From assembly GCF_009914755.1 (NCBI RefSeq), contig NC_060947.1: a stretch of 64,000 nucleotides of DNA. The stretch is one strand, 5' to 3'. The first letter of the stretch is position 1. Each line of letters starts with the position of its first letter. Source of the DNA: the human T2T-CHM13v2.0 reference genome, Homo sapiens. Positions 22,545 to 39,589 of this stretch are shown here, piece by piece. The translations under genes were made by a program, and so were the position numbers. The notes below the pieces were generated by a model, which had not been told where the DNA came from, searched no databases, and was given only the letters and a program-made list of their open reading frames with translations.

Positions 22545-22710
22545 TGCAAGGGGAGTCAGGAAATCTGGCTTCATATTAAGGTTCTACCACTAAACTCTCA
22601 ACATGACCTTATACAGATCATTTAATGTCTTTGGGCCTTAAGTTTTCTCGTATGAAAAATGGAGGTGGGAATAAAGTTGAGCTTGATCATCTAGCTCTAA
22701 AGTCTGTTTT
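22545..22710 (+). mobile_element. MIR3/MIR
   Basis: gggagtcaggaaatctgg...tgaccttatacagatcatttaatgtctttgggcct..ttttctc..tgaaaaatg. Confidence 0.7.
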
Positions 22711-22749
22711 AGCACGAAATATCAGCAATCCTGTGAGTGAATCACGGAC

Positions 22750-23110
22750 AGCTTTTTGTAAGGGGACAGATCTTGAAATGGATCTTGAATGATGCAATTA
22801 ACATAGATCAGCAAAGGGGAAGTGGAAAGGCATTGCAGACAAGGAGAGAAGCAAAGATAGAAATCTGGAGGTGAGAATGAGCCAGGCTGGTTGAGATAGA
22901 GGGAACATACCAACGACTGATGAGAGATGAGATTAGAGTGAAGCAAGTGGTAGGGAGAAAGCGGGATGTAAAAGGTTTTCAACATCAGATTGAAGAGTTG
23001 GAAGATTTGGTTTTAAAGGTAATGGGAGCAATGAAGGCTGTTTGAATATAGGTGTACATGGTAAAACTAACCAGTGAGGAAAAATTGTCCTTGACTGTGT
23101 ATTTGGTTCT
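22750..23110 (-). mobile_element. L2 fragment
   Basis: cttgaaatggatcttgaatgatg...aggtaatgggagcaatgaagg. Confidence 0.55.
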
Positions 23111-24529
23111 GGAAGCATCTACAAATCTGCTTTGTTTCCCTAGAGCTGATATCCAGTTGATTTGAGGTAATTTGTAAAATCATGATTCTTTCTTTATTTT
23201 TGCTGCAACCTCTAGCTTTGGGTCTGCATTGCCAAGGCTGCTGGCCCAACTGGCTTAACCACCTGCCTATACATTTGGATTTAGTCCATAATGGGTCATT
23301 TGGCTTCCATGGACTCAACATGCTAATGGGATTTCTAATTTAAAATTCTAACTGATGATGAATGACCAGGGGATGAGAGAAAGGTCTTTGTAGGTAAGCA
23401 GGAGTGGGATGGTTGTGGACCTCAAAGCAGATTCAGAGACTGAAAACAGTTTGAAGAAAGATAAGAAAAAAAATGAATCTTTGCAGAATCTTTAACTCAC
23501 TGTGGCTTAGACATGGGGGAAAGCTGATGAGAAACAGCCATCCAGTCTAACCTGCCAAGGATCTAAACCCAGCTTGTATTAATAAGAGAAAACAGATTGC
23601 TCTAATGGCATAGAGAAAAAAGTGGTGGAAATTTTGGTGTGGCAGATCACAGGTGTGTGTGGGGGGATCTGAGGGAGGGAGTATAGAGCTGATAGTGTCC
23701 CTTAGGTGATGGTGTTTAGAAGGAGTGAAAAAGATTATTAGAACCCTCCTGGTGTGGTGTCAGTAATGGAGGCAGGCAGACATTTGTAATACTCAATCTC
23801 AGTATTTGAATATGTGTATGTGTGTGTGTCTTTATCCAAAAAGGAAAAAAGATAATGTTAGTAAGAATTGTCTCGCACAAAATTACTTTGTTACCTCACC
23901 ACCCTCTACAAACGCTTTATGACTGACTTTAAGAGGGAAAGTGATGGATATAGGAGGGAGGAACGAATAGAGAAAGGAATTTAAGAAAAAGAGGTGTTGA
24001 TAGGCAGAACTGCTGTGATGAAAAAGGTTGGGGAAGAAGGTGGCTTTCTTTTCCTCCAAAGAACTGCCAGCAGCCTTTCCAGCTGTCCCTTTTTCTCTTT
24101 CTTGTAGTTCTCCCTTACTGAGAGTTAGCTCAAAATGCAGAATTAATCAGTTCTGTCATAAGAAGGAATCTCAGGGGAGAGGCTTTACACAATTGAAGTG
24201 ACTTGCAAGGACAAGGCGTCACAGAACTCAGTTGTCTTAGATGGAGATTAAAGCATTCAACAGTCATTTCCAGGACCTCCCTTCTATCATTCACCTTTTG
24301 GTTTTAAGTCCCCATGCTCTAGTTATGACCTTTAGGCATGGCCATTTCTGGAAGGGCCTATTCCCTTTAACCACACTTCATATGACAGAACTAGGCTCAG
24401 TTTCCCCCTTTCTCTTTCTCAGCTTCACTGGTCTCTGCAATAACAAGGCCCTTTCCCAACTGGGTCTCAGAACCTTAACGTGGCCCTGGGGCAAAACTGC
24501 AGCAGCCTGACACCCAGGGTTTCTAGGGA

Positions 24530-25800
24530 TTGCATTATTCAGTCATCAATTCCACAAATAATTATTGAACATCTACTACATGCTTGGCACTCATTTGAAT
24601 GCTGAGGATTCACCAAAAAACAAGACAGACATCATCCGTGCTCAAATAGCATTTATTGGCTAAGGGCTGGGGAAATACAGACATACATACATGAAGACGT
24701 TGTTTCAGAAAATAAGTGCAATAAAGAAAACAAAAACTGATGATGTGATAGAAAGTGCCTGGAGGGCTACTTTGGTCAGTCAATTTATTTACTCATTTGC
24801 TTAATCCTATAGCACATCCAAAATAGTTTGGAATTACTTCACCAATGCTACTACCAACAACAAACCTACTAAATAAACTTCAAGATTTTTTTTCCACCAA
24901 CTTCTGATTTGAAAACTTTTCAATCCTACAGAAAAGTTGCAAGAATAATACAGTGATCACTTACATATTCTTTACTGATTGCTAACACTTTATCACATTT
25001 ACTTAATATCTATAACTCCATCTATTTATCTGCATATCTACCTCTTTATTTTTGGCTGAGCCACTTGAACGTTTGTTGCAGACATCATGACATGTCACAC
25101 ATAAGTATTTCAGCATGTATCTCATAAACAGCAAGGACATTCTCCTTCATACACAATACAATGATCACACTTATGAAATTTAACAATGATACATTAATAT
25201 TATCTAGAATACAATGCATATTTGAATTTCTCAAATTGTCCAAATAATGCTCTGTATAGCTTTTTTTTTTTTGTAAATATAGGGTCAAATCATAGATTGC
25301 ATTTAGTTCTGTGTCTTTAGTCTTCTTTAATCTAGATTACTCCCAGCTTTCATTTGTCTTTCATGACATTGACACTTTTGAAGAGTACAGAGCAGTTGTC
25401 TTTAGACTGGATTTCAGTTTCAATTTGGGTTTGCCTGATTGTTTCAGATTGGATTGTCATGAAAGGCTTCTCTGAAGAGGCAACTTTCAGTTGAGTCTTG
25501 TCAACAGGAGGAGGCAGCTGTGAAAATATCTGGGGAAAGGGATTCCAGGCAGAGGGAATGGCAAGTACAAATTCCTGGAGATGGAGACAGGCTTGTGTTT
25601 GAGGGAGAAAAAGCAGGCCAGAGTGACTGGAGCCTAGAGATCAAGGGGGAGAGTCCCATGAAATGAAATAAGATAGGCGGGATTCAGATCATGATGAAGC
25701 ATATAAGTCATGGGAAAGAGAAGATTTTGTTCTAATTGCAATGGTAAGCCACTAAGGGTTTTATGTAATTTGGTGACATGATCTGATTTGAATTTGCTTT
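24530..25800 (-). mobile_element. L2 3' region, interrupted by an L1MC/MD fragment
   Basis: cacaaataattattgaacatctactacatgcttggcac at ~24553; resumes gaaaggcttctctgaagagg...ttccaggcagagggaatggcaagtacaa at ~25460. Confidence 0.7.
24890..25450 (-). mobile_element. L1MC/L1MD 3'UTR fragment
   Basis: aaaacttttcaatcctacagaaaagttgcaagaataa...aacagcaaggacattctcctt. Confidence 0.7.
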
Positions 25801-25815
25801 TAAAAATAGTTTTTA

Positions 25816-26112
25816 CACCGCATGTTCTCACTCATAAGTGGGAGGTGAACAATGAGAACACATGGACACAGGGAGGGTAACAACACACACTGGGACCTGG
25901 GGTTAGGTGGCGGGAGGGAGAGCATCAGGATAAATAGCTAATGCATGCGGGGCTTAATACCTAGGTGATAGGTTGATCTGTGCAGCAAACCTCCATGGTA
26001 CACGTTTATCTATGTAACAAACCTGCACGTCCTGCACGTGTATCCCAGAACTTAAAATAAATACAATAAAGTTGAAAAGAAAAAAGAAAAAATATAATAA
26101 AAAATTAAAAAA
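25816..26112 (+). mobile_element. L1PA (older primate) 3' end, 5'-truncated
   Basis: catgttctcactcataagtgggag...aacctgcacgtcctgcacgtgtatcccagaacttaaa plus A tail; perfect TSD taaaaatagttttta (25801-25815 / 26113-26127). Confidence 0.9.
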
Positions 26113-27164
26113 TAAAAATAGTTTTTATTTTCTAAAGAATTTTGCTTTGTATGCAGTTTAAAGAAACAAATAGGTACTTGTCATAGCTGTCAACCTGCCC
26201 CCCTCTCCCATTATCTGCTCCCTAGAGGGAACTACTTGGAGCTCCTTTAGCTAAATAGCATGCTTGTAAAGCTAATTCATAATTTTTCAGATTAAAGCAT
26301 TCTATGGAAGAGGAGAGTTTAGTTCATTATCACCATAAGCCCCCGTGCATGCACAAACACAGACTTCCCATTCCACCACTCTACCAGTACAGTTATGTCA
26401 TAATTTTGACTAGATCAATATTCAGTGTTTACATTATTATGACTCTGGAAATGCTATTCACAGCTGAGTTACATAGCACACTAGGATTACTTTTCCTTTC
26501 TTGCACATCTGCTTGTTTTTAATGGAGCCGATAATTGTCTTGTTTATTCTCTTGCTTATTTTTCTACGTACTTAACATTAGCTCATCCACAACCTGTTCC
26601 CCAGTTGACTAAATATTCTCCCAATATGTGAAGATGCATTGGCTCTTCTGTCAGTCTCGTCTTCTGTGAGACATCTTTGAATTGCTCCAATATGGCCCAA
26701 TTGCTCTCTAGATCTGTAGAGCACTCTCATCCCATGATATCCCTAATAATTTTGAAGATATTTCTTCATTGTTTTCTAGCTTCTAACTTTTGAGAAGCCT
26801 GAAACCATTTGGAATCCTGATCCCTTGTAATTTTTCTTTTCTGGAAGCCATTGGGTTCTTTGTTTTGTCCTTAGGATGCAACATCACATTGATCTCCCCT
26901 GGTGTGTGTCCATTTTCTTTCACTGTGTTGGGTATTCTGTGGACCCTTTCAATCTTAAAACTGTCTTTCAACTCTGGGAACTTTTGTTGAATTATTTATT
27001 TAATTTTGTTCTCTCCAGTTTTTCTGACCTTTTCCTCCCTGGAACTCATGTTATTCTTATGTTGGACTACCTGAATAATGTAATTTGCTTACATTTTTCT
27101 TATTCTTTCCATGTGCTTGTCTGTTTGCTCTACTTCTGGGCTGTTCCCTCAGCTTTATCTTTCA

Positions 27165-27952
27165 TTGCTTCTGCAATACTGCAATGCAATTCTGACACTA
27201 ACAGAGTTAGCAGAGACTCTACTGGTTAAGGGCACAGTCTCCAACAAACTGTTCTCACTTCAGATGCCAGCTACAAGTTCAGGGTTACCTGCACTTCTGA
27301 CCAACTGGCTACCAACTTGGGTATTCCAATGAGCCCCTCAGGTTTGATGATTCCCTAGAATAACTCACAGAACTCAGAAAAGTACCATGTTTATGATTAC
27401 AGTTTTATTATAAAAGATGCAAATCAGGACTAGCCAAATGAAGAGACCTACAGGATGAGGTCTAGGAGTGCCCTAATTGTGGAGCTTCCGTGTCCTCCCC
27501 TTGTGGAATCAGGATATGTCACCCCTGGCACATCAATATGTTTACTAACTAGGAAATTCACCTGAGCCTTGGTGTCCAGGGTTTTCACTGGGGTTTCATT
27601 ATACAGGCATGACTGATTGAATCATTGATCATGTGATTGAATTCAGTCTCCATTCCCCCTTCTTCCCTCCCCAGAGGTCATCTTCGCCTGATATCATCTG
27701 GCACAAAGCCCCAACTCTCTAGTCACATGGTTGTTGGTCTTTTCAGCCTCACCAACCCCCATCCTGAAACTATCCAAGAGCCCACCCTAAGCCACCTCAT
27801 TAGCATAAATTCAGTCATGGGCCCAGAGGCCCATCATGAATAACAAAGACACTCTTATCACTCAAGAAATTTTAAGAGTTTAGAAGCTCTTTCCCAGGAA
27901 ACTGAGACAAAGGTCCTGCAACAAAAACCAGACAAATTTTTCATTCTACAAC
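27165..27952. mobile_element. MER21-family ERV LTR
   Basis: caattctgacactaac..gagttagc..gac..ctggttaagggcacagtc...cacttcagatgccagc...ataacaaagacactcttatcactcaagaaat. Confidence 0.8.
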
Positions 27953-27985
27953 ATTTTCTAATAAGAAGTTCAAAGCAGGATTTTT

Positions 27986-28293
27986 TTAAAAAAAAAATTC
28001 AACTTTTATTTTAGATTCAGGAGGTACATGTGCAAGTTTGTTACATGGGTATATTGTGTGATGCCAAGGCTTGGAGTACAAATGATCCTGTCATCCAGGT
28101 AGTGAGCATAGTACCCAATAGTTTTTCAACCCTTGACTCCCTCCCTACCTCCTGCTAAGTAGTCCCCACTACTTATTGTTGCCATCTTTACGTCCATGAG
28201 AACCCAGTGTTTAGTTCCAACTTATAAGTGAGAACATGTGGTATTTGGTTTTCTGTTCCTGTGTTAATTTGCTCAGGATAATGGCCTCCAGCT
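27986..28293 (-). mobile_element. L1PA (L1PA13-16-like) 3' end
   Basis: caacttttattttagattcaggaggtacatgtgc...gataatggcctccagct; TSD aaagcaggattttt (27972) / aaagcaggaatttt (28294). Confidence 0.88.
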
Positions 28294-28581
28294 AAAGCAG
28301 GAATTTTTCAGAGCAATTTTTTGCCCTCTGAGTATCCTTTTAAATATAATCTTGCTCTTTTTTGATAGATACAACATCTTATCTCTTTGAGTACAATAAT
28401 GGTTATTAATTTTCATTTCTGTTTCTTTTAAGTTTTTGGTTTATTGGTTGGTTTAGGTTTCTATCTTTGATATTGGAGGCTTTCCTCAGATAGCTTGTCA
28501 TCCTTGGCTGTTTGCTCATATTTATGAGTAGGTTCCTAAAAAGCTAATTAGAAGGTCAGAGTATTTAGTGAGACTTGTGTG

Positions 28582-29188
28582 AGTATATCAGTTTTCTACT
28601 GTGGCGTAACAAGTTACCACAAACGTAGTGGCTTAAAACAACACGCATTAATAATTTCATGGTTTCTGTGCATTAGGAGTTCAGGTCTGGGGTAGCTGAG
28701 TCCTCTTTCAAGAGTCTCCCCAGATTGTAATCAAGGTGTTGGTCAGGATGTAAACTCATCTGGAGTTTTGATTGGGGAAGAATTTGCTTCCAAGCTTAAT
28801 CAGGCTGTTGGCAGAATTTATTTTCTAATGACCACACGACTGAGGGCCTCAGCTTTTTGCTAACTGTTGGCTGGAGGCTACCCTCAGGTCCTAGAGGCCA
28901 TCCACAGCTCCTTAAGGAGATTGGCAGTTACTTGCCATGTAGGCTTCTGCAACATAGCCTCCCATTTCATCAAGCCCAGAGGAAGAGACATTAGCTTCTG
29001 TCTGCTAAAGCAGAGCCTTTTATAATGTAACTTAACTATGAGAGTGACATCCCATCACCTTTGCCATATTCTGTTAGGTTAGAAGCAAGTCACATTTCCC
29101 ATCTCCATTCAAGAAGAGAGAAGTATATAAAGGCATGAGTACCAGGAGGTGGTATCCACTGGGGATTACCTTGGGTCTGTCTACCACA
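28582..29188 (-). mobile_element. MLT1 (MaLR) solo LTR
   Basis: gtaacaagttaccacaaacgtagtggcttaaaacaacac...ttagaagcaagtcac...gtctaccaca. Confidence 0.8.
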
Positions 29189-29374
29189 ATGGGTTTCACT
29201 GCAAGGTGATCTGGCTGGGTCATTTCATTGGACAACCCTTTATATCAACATCTTTAGGGTTTTTTTTCTTTTTCTTTATTATTATTTTTTTCTGAGGTTG
29301 TTCACATTTCCACAGAAGGATATTCCAGCCTGGAGGTTGTAAGCCTGACTGTCAGCATTCTAAGAACTAAGTGG

Positions 29375-29677
29375 GGCCAGGCACGGTGGCTCAGGCCTGT
29401 AATCCTAGCACTTTGGGAGGCCGAAGCAGGCAGATCATGGGGTCAGGAGTTTGAGACCACCCTGGCCAACATAGTGAAACCCCGTCTCTACTAAATATAC
29501 AAGAAAAAAAAAATTAGCTGGGCGTGGTGGTGTGCACCTGTAATCCCAGCTACTCAAGAGGGTTGAGGCAGGAGAATCGCGTGAACCCAGGAGGTGGAGG
29601 TTTCAATGAGCCGAGACGGCATCATTGCACTCCAGCCCAGGTAACAGTGCAAGACAACATCTCAAAAAAAAAAAAAA
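29375..29677 (+). mobile_element. AluS element
   Basis: Full dimer ggccaggcacggtggctc...catctc plus poly(A); TSD aagaactaagtgg / aagtactaagtgg. Confidence 0.95.
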
Positions 29678-31378
29678 AAGTACTAAGTGGGATAAGAGGC
29701 TAAGAGTATCAACAATCAATATATAAACTTCTGAATGTCCTTGTTTTCCATATGGTACTTCTTCCTCAACTGTGCTTCCGCAGTCCAGAGACCCTCTGTT
29801 TTACTCTCTCTAGAGAATAAACCTCACATCTGATGGGAGTTGGGGCAGAGACAATCACACAACCGTGAGGAGTTGTGGGGGAGATCTTAGGATCCAACTG
29901 GTTAATAAGAATTTCAACCAATACTCTTGTTTTTAGACTTACTTTCACCTCCACTTCCAGAAGTACTGGTACTGCCAATTTTTGAGCCTTTTGGAGGTTC
30001 TTTATTGTGAATTGTGTTGGTTGTCAATTTTCCCCAATGCCAGTTTTGGATTCAGTTTCTGCAGGTCGGCTGTCAGTTACCCTTGTATGTCTATTTTCTA
30101 GCTTTAAATATTGCATTGTTGTCTTCTCTCCCCAAATTACTGTCATTTTAATGAGGGTTGGCAGCGAAGTGGAGGTAAATACACGTGTTCAAATTGTCAT
30201 GGTCAATGAGATGTCCTAATTTACATGTTAAAAAGATTACTGTGACCTTTTTGTGAAGAAGACTATGAGGGAGGGATAACAGTGGAAGTTGGGAGAACAG
30301 TTAGGTAGCTAGTTCTAACAGAAGAAATAGATAGCACTTGGTAGTAGATTGAGAGTGGGGAGAAGAGAGAGGGAGGTGTCACCAATGTCTCCTAAGCTTG
30401 TGTAGTAGGATGGATGGTGGATTTCACCCATTTTGTGATTCATTGTTTTCATGTCATTTTCCAGGACAGCTATCAACACACTTGTCTCCCTCACTACTAC
30501 AATTGGTGTCACCACAAAACCAGCTCAGAGCAAATCTAACATTGCCAGGAACACAGTTACCATGATAAGAAAGCCCTAATGTAATGACCACCACCAACAA
30601 CTACTACTACACCAGCTCCCAGTTATGAAGTGATCACTATAAGCCTGGTTCCATAATAAGCACTTTCCATATATTATTTTATTTAACTTCCCCAATAGCC
30701 CTGTGAGGTAGATACCCATCTGTAGTTTATTATCATTGAATTCCCCAAGTGAATTCTTTCTAAATCAATCAAATTCTGGGGAGTATAGTTTCAAAACAAA
30801 TTATGACAGGGGCTCTAGAAGTAGTAAGAGGGCACATCGCATTAGCTGTTGCCATTCCTACTCATTTGCTGTCTACTCCACACCTGTGGTAGGATGCATC
30901 TACTCTTTGCTCATACTGCCTGTCCCTCTGGTTAACCACTTCCTCCTATTCTTGCCTCAGAATTTTGCTTCTTCTGAAAATCCTCTCTTATAGTTGTATT
31001 ATTGCCCAAAGTGGCAAGAATGTCCCCTTTGCCTCAACTGTAGCATGGAACTACAGCCTTATTCTACTCCACAAGCTCTTCATAGGAGAAATGGAGGCTT
31101 GGAGTGGAGATGAGAACTTTGCCCAATCTTCAAATTTATGTGGAATTTCAGGAATAAAACGCATAAGGATGGAAATGTCTTGAATTGTTCACATGAACGT
31201 AGCCTAGAAGAGGGCAAAAAAGCGGAACAGGAAGAAGTAATTTTAATGCAATTTGAGACTTTCCCCAAGTTTCTTGAGAAATGGAAGAGTTGGGGGGACT
31301 GGGAACAGACGGTACAAATTACATTAACTTATTATGAATTACTTGGAGTTTTTACCCCTAGGAGAAATCCTGGAAGGA

Positions 31379-31753
31379 TGTCTTAGTCAGCCCGGGTTGC
31401 CATAACACAATACCATTAGACTGGGGAATTTAAACAACAGAAATTTATTTCTTACAGTTCTGGAGGTTGGAAGTCTGAGATCAGGGTGCCCCCATGGTTG
31501 GGCTCTAGGAAGGGCCCTCTTTCTGGCTTGCAGATAGCTGCCTTCTCACTGTGTCCTCACATGGTGGAGAGAGAGAAAGAGAGCAAGTTCTCTGGTGTCT
31601 CTTCTAATAAGGACACTAATCCTATTGAATTAAGGCCCCACCCTTATGGATTCATTTAACCTTAATTACCACCTTATAAGCTCTATCTTCAAGTCATGTT
31701 GGGGGTTAGGGCTTTAACATACAAATATGGGGGGACACAATTCAGTCTATAGC
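31379..31753 (-). mobile_element. MLT1A/B (MaLR) solo LTR
   Basis: tgtcttagtc...gccataacacaatacc...acagttctggaggttggaagtctgagatcagggtgcc...ggggacacaattcagtctatagca. Confidence 0.88.
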
Positions 31754-32684
31754 AGAGATTATGCTCTGCTTTGCCAAGTCCTCTTGGGTTCTTCCCCCCT
31801 AGTGTTAATCAATACAATTGAGAACAGAGGACACTGACAATCAAGTCAATCAGCAAACCTAGGTGAGATTTGCCTAGACCCCTGTGTTTCCGTTGTAACA
31901 TTAGCTCTGGCAGTTCCTGTAGAGCTGACACTCTTTGTCTCTAACCATTTATGTTCTGCGGAGTTCTGGTTGGATTTTTACTCCTCTGTAAATTTCTTTC
32001 TACTGTGTTATATTAGGCTTCATCAAGACATACTTCTATGATGATAAATGAGGTGGCCAGATTGACTGACTATGTACTAAAATATCATTGACTTTCCTTC
32101 CTTGAAAAATGTTCTTTTTGTATGTGTGACTGGTGAAGGGGGTGATGGTAATTCAGAGTATAGAGTTTGTAAAAGATATTTGACTTCTTTGGAGACAAGA
32201 GTGATGGGAGAAGATTTTGTAGTCTTGACGACATCACATGTGTGCTCTTTCTCCTCCATGGAAACCAAAATGTGTGAGTGAGACTGATGAGTCAGCTAAT
32301 TCTCACTCCCCTCCTCCACTCCCACCTCCACCACTAGCCTAAGGACTAGTGTTTTTCTTTTTCAAGGGCAAGAGTGAACATACTAAAGAATAGAAGGGGA
32401 TATCACAGTGCCATAAGTAACTAAGTAACTTAGTTTCTCAGTTATTATAGTCCTGATTCCTGCTAGAGAGCCTTCTGTTATTACTCTAGGTACCTTCAGA
32501 ACAGTGCATTTAGCCATTCACGGTGAATCCAGATATTTGAGCTTTATTATTATTTTTTCTAAGATATCTTGATATAGCAAGAGGTTTGAGCTTTAAATAG
32601 TCCATGGTTCTCAATGCATGAAAGTCTGTTTTTTGGGGGGTTTTTTTTGAGGAAGGGGTTAGTGTCCTTTTATGCAGCCAACCA

Positions 32685-33980
32685 TATTCATTCTTTCACC
32701 AAACATTTATTGAGCACTTATTGTGTGCCAGGCACTGTGGTAGATACTGGAGATTTAAAGACATGTAAGAAACAATTTCCTGCCTTTGATGCACTTATAG
32801 CTCCACATACGGATCTCTCTTCCAGAGATAGTCCCACATGAATCACCTAAACACAGAATAATAAGTTTGATGATTAGATGCCTGGACAAAGTATGGGCTT
32901 TTGTTTTGCTCTGGGGAAGCAGGGAAATGTTCACAAAGGAGGTGACATTTGAGCTATGTTTCAAAGATGGAGAATAAGGAAAAAGTTATTTTCAGGCATT
33001 AGGAAAAGCACATGCAAAGACACAGAAATGTAAAGGGGCACAGAGTGTTCAAAGGTCTGCAGGAAGTTCATTTTGATTGAGGCAATGTCAGGTGGTCTTG
33101 CTAAAAAGGGAAGTTAGAGTAATTATGAGGAACCTCCTTATGCCATGCTAAGGTACTTGGATTTAGCATTGAACATTTTTAGGCAGAGACATGGCATACT
33201 ATTATAGGCAATTTATAAAGTTCACTCCAACAACTACATGGAGGACAGTTTGAAGGGAGGCAAGAATGGATGCACAGAGACAGATTAAAAAGCTGTTGCA
33301 AAAATCCTAGTGTGAGGATGATAAGGGTCTGAACAAAGGCAGTGACAGTGGAAACAATAAGGAGAGAATATGGTTAAGGGGTGATTCCAAAGAAGATATA
33401 ATAGGACTTTGCAGCCAATTGAACATAGTTATTGGAGAGAGAAAAATGTTTTGTGTGACTCCCAGGTTTCTAATTTAGGTAACTTGATAGATGACAGTGC
33501 CATTAATAGAGATCAGTTGGAGACATCCAGGAGACAGTTGCATATATGGGTCTGGAGTAGGGGAGAGATATGAAAGTCAGAGACAAAAATTTCCGTATCA
33601 TCAATGGAGTAGTTGAAGCCATGGGAATGGAGAAGATTTCCCTGGGCAAGTTTCCAGAATGATATGAGAAGAGCCTTATGAAGAGGGTCTCTGAAAATAG
33701 TAACCTCTAAGGGGTAGATACAGGAAGAGAATTTTATGAAGGAGGAGAATGAATAATCAGAGAGATAGGAGGAAAACCTGAGGAGAAGGAAGATATGGTC
33801 CACAGTGTCAGATACAGCATAGACGTCAGGAAAGATGATGGCAGGAGCAGAGCCCACTTGATTTAGCACTCAGGGGTGTTAGTGACCTTAAAGAGGGTAT
33901 ATTCAGTAGAATGGTGCCAGGAGAGCCCAGCCCAAGTAGGCTGAGACACAAATGGGAGGGAAGGAATTGGAGACTGAGAG
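32685..33980 (-). mobile_element. L2 LINE, ~1.3 kb 3' segment
   Basis: cattctttcaccaaacatttattgagcacttattgtgtgccaggcactgtg...gaggtgacatttgagct...tgactcccaggtttcta. Confidence 0.8.
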
Positions 33981-35614
33981 TACAGACTACTTTCTTCTTT
34001 TTTTTTTTTTTACTTTGACATATGGATTTATAAACATTCTAATAACAGTGCACCTCGTCCTGAGGGTCTCTTGTACACTGAAGTATACAGCCAGGATGAT
34101 CAGCAACAGATACTTTTTAGTTGTATCTAATATTAGTATTTATTTTTGTATATTGTGCTGTGGTTTATATATAATATATATGAATAAGTATACATGTATG
34201 AGGGTATCTTTTGGTTCTGATAGGGTGATGAATCAATCACAGTTTTGGAGATCCCTTCTGGAGAGTAAGGTCTGCAGACCTACTGACCCCTTTGGTTCTA
34301 GAAAAGCTCCTATCTGCCTCAAAGCAGCCTCATCTCCAGTGCAGGGGGAAAGTTATCATGCAGGGAATGCAACTCTCCTGGAAGCATTTGAATTTACCCA
34401 AGCTGGGAACATTCCTCTCTCCATTCGCCTTTACTGGGCTTAAAGATTTGTCTGCAAATGGATCTGGTAAGCACTCCTGAGTCCATCAAGGTTCCTCAAG
34501 GCAGTCACAAAGACTAAATTCTGAAATCCACAGAGGTGCCATCTTGCCATCTCAGGCAGTGATGGTCAACACTTTTTTCACTCTAACACACCTGAGGAGG
34601 CCTGACTCTATCAGTAACAGTAATTTCTTGACAGTGAGCCAGGAGGTGAGATAATAAAGACGGACCACTTTTGTTAAACAGCCAGACACTGTCCTCAGCA
34701 TTTTACATCAATTAAGTAAATTACTATGTCCCCAGGATACAGGTATGGAAACTGGTTAAGAAGTGTGGTGGTGAAGGAAGAGAGAAAGCAAAAGAAACAC
34801 ATATGGAGAAGGCAGGTGTGGTTTGCCACTCAACTGAATTCTCATCTGAACTCTGTCCTCTTCTCTGAAGAAGATGTAGACTGTGTACCTGGCCTTGTGT
34901 TGGAGCAACTAGGAATGGGTAGGAGATGAAAATGGCAACGTTCCTAACTTTAAGGTGCTTATGTACTGTTTGGCTAGATTTGTTGTTTATTTCTTAAGAA
35001 AGAAACATGGAACAATAAAGAATAGGTGGTGTTTTTAAAGCTGGGTTGTAAGGCAGCTGCTTGGAACTTGAAGTTCATTTTACTTTGGGAACTTACTAAA
35101 GATATATACCTTTTATAGGTGGATCCATAAATCCAGTTTGTCCATGACATAGCTGGAATGCTATACATTTATTAGGAAAATTAATATGAAATAATATTGT
35201 TCTGGTACTAATAATTAAGCAAAATGAACTATCAAGTTGAACAATACATGAGTTTTAAATGATAGCACTTGAAGAAAAGCTGGTTTAATTACGAGTGGTG
35301 TAAAAGATGAAGAAATATACATGTGGAGATTCTGAATAAGACTTTTGGCACTTTCAAGGACTTTAGAGGATACTGCAAAGTTTCTTTATCATGGTTAATT
35401 TTATTTTAAAGCATATGACTCTTCATTCTTTAATTTGATTGAATCAGCACTGCTCTTATACTTGTCAACCATAATTACAGCTTTTGGTTGAATCATGAAT
35501 GGAACAAAGAAGAAAACGTTAAGGCCACCATAGGTTCATGGCTACCTAGGAGTGGTCACATTTTCATCTCTTAAACATTTTCCCCTTAATTTCTGTCCAT
35601 CTTGTTTTCTCAGT

Positions 35615-36008
35615 ATGAGTTAGGATAAGCAATTATAGCTGTCATAATAAACAATCTCAAAATCTGTGACTTAACACAATGAGGATACATTACTTGCTCA
35701 TATGATTGTCCAATGTTTTCAGAGAGGAGAGAGATTCTCTGGTCCTCATAGTCATTCTGAAATCAAGTTTCTCCCATCTTGTAATTTGGCCATATTCCAC
35801 ATATGGCCTCTATGGTCACTATAGAAGTGAAAGAAAGGGAGCAGAGGGATTTGTTGTAGATTTTAGTGCCCAGACCTAGAAGTAGAATGTGTCACTTTTA
35901 TTCACATTCCTTTGGCCAGAACTAGTCATACTGTCCACCTGTGACTTCCCGTGTGCCCAGGAGAAAAACAGAGTGGTTTGCTGAACATATAGCAATGTCT
36001 CTGCCACA
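35615..36008 (-). mobile_element. MLT1J/K-type MaLR LTR
   Basis: gttaggataagc...aataaacaatctcaaaatctgtgacttaacacaa...cacattcctttggccagaactagtcat...tctctgccaca. Confidence 0.7.
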
Positions 36009-36055
36009 ATGTCCTTCAATACAAAATGGCTAAATAAACTATGTATGTCTTTTCT

Positions 36056-39120
<3,065 letters not shown>

Positions 39121-39144
39121 TAAACTATGTATGTCTTTTCTATG

Positions 39145-39530
39145 GAACATTATTCAGCACTTTCTAAAGAATGAAACATCTCTATGTGGACTGGTATGGA
39201 AAGATCTGCAGAATATTTTGAGATCAGAAAAAATAATTTGGGAATGATATGTTACAATATAGTAACACTGGGATTTAAAACAAAAAACAAAACAATGCAC
39301 TGTGTAAAAATATGTATTCTGTATATGAATGAACATGTGTAGAAAAAGATTTAGAAGGATACCAAAATTTAAACTGTCAACAATGGTTATTTCTAGGGAG
39401 GAGAGGAGTGGACCTTGGTTGTTGATGATATGCAAAATGGACCTTATCTGTAACTTTCAAAATATTTATAAGGAAAATGAATTCATGTGTTATGTGTATA
39501 AGTAAAATTTATATAAAATAGATATATTTG
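39145..39530 (+). mobile_element. L1ME/MC 3'UTR fragment
   Basis: tatggaacattattcagcac...atggaaagatctgcagaatatt...aaactgtcaacaatggttatttctaggga. Confidence 0.65.
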
Positions 39531-39589
39531 AAAATATGCATATTTGTTATCTGTTCCTAAAACAGATTTCAACTGTGAGTTTAGCTTTT

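Larger units (their letters stand above)
26130..30200 (-). mobile_element. Ancient L1M host segments (fragmented by MER21, L1PA, MLT1 and Alu)
   Basis: T-rich antisense-L1-like sequence such as ggtattctgtggaccctttcaatc...tttcaactctgggaac; weak L1 ORF1-like peptide at 26783-26971. Confidence 0.45.

Noticed and set aside
22735-22755. REST/RE1-like CACGGACAGC
   Set aside because: Only the right half-site; the TTCAGCAC half is absent
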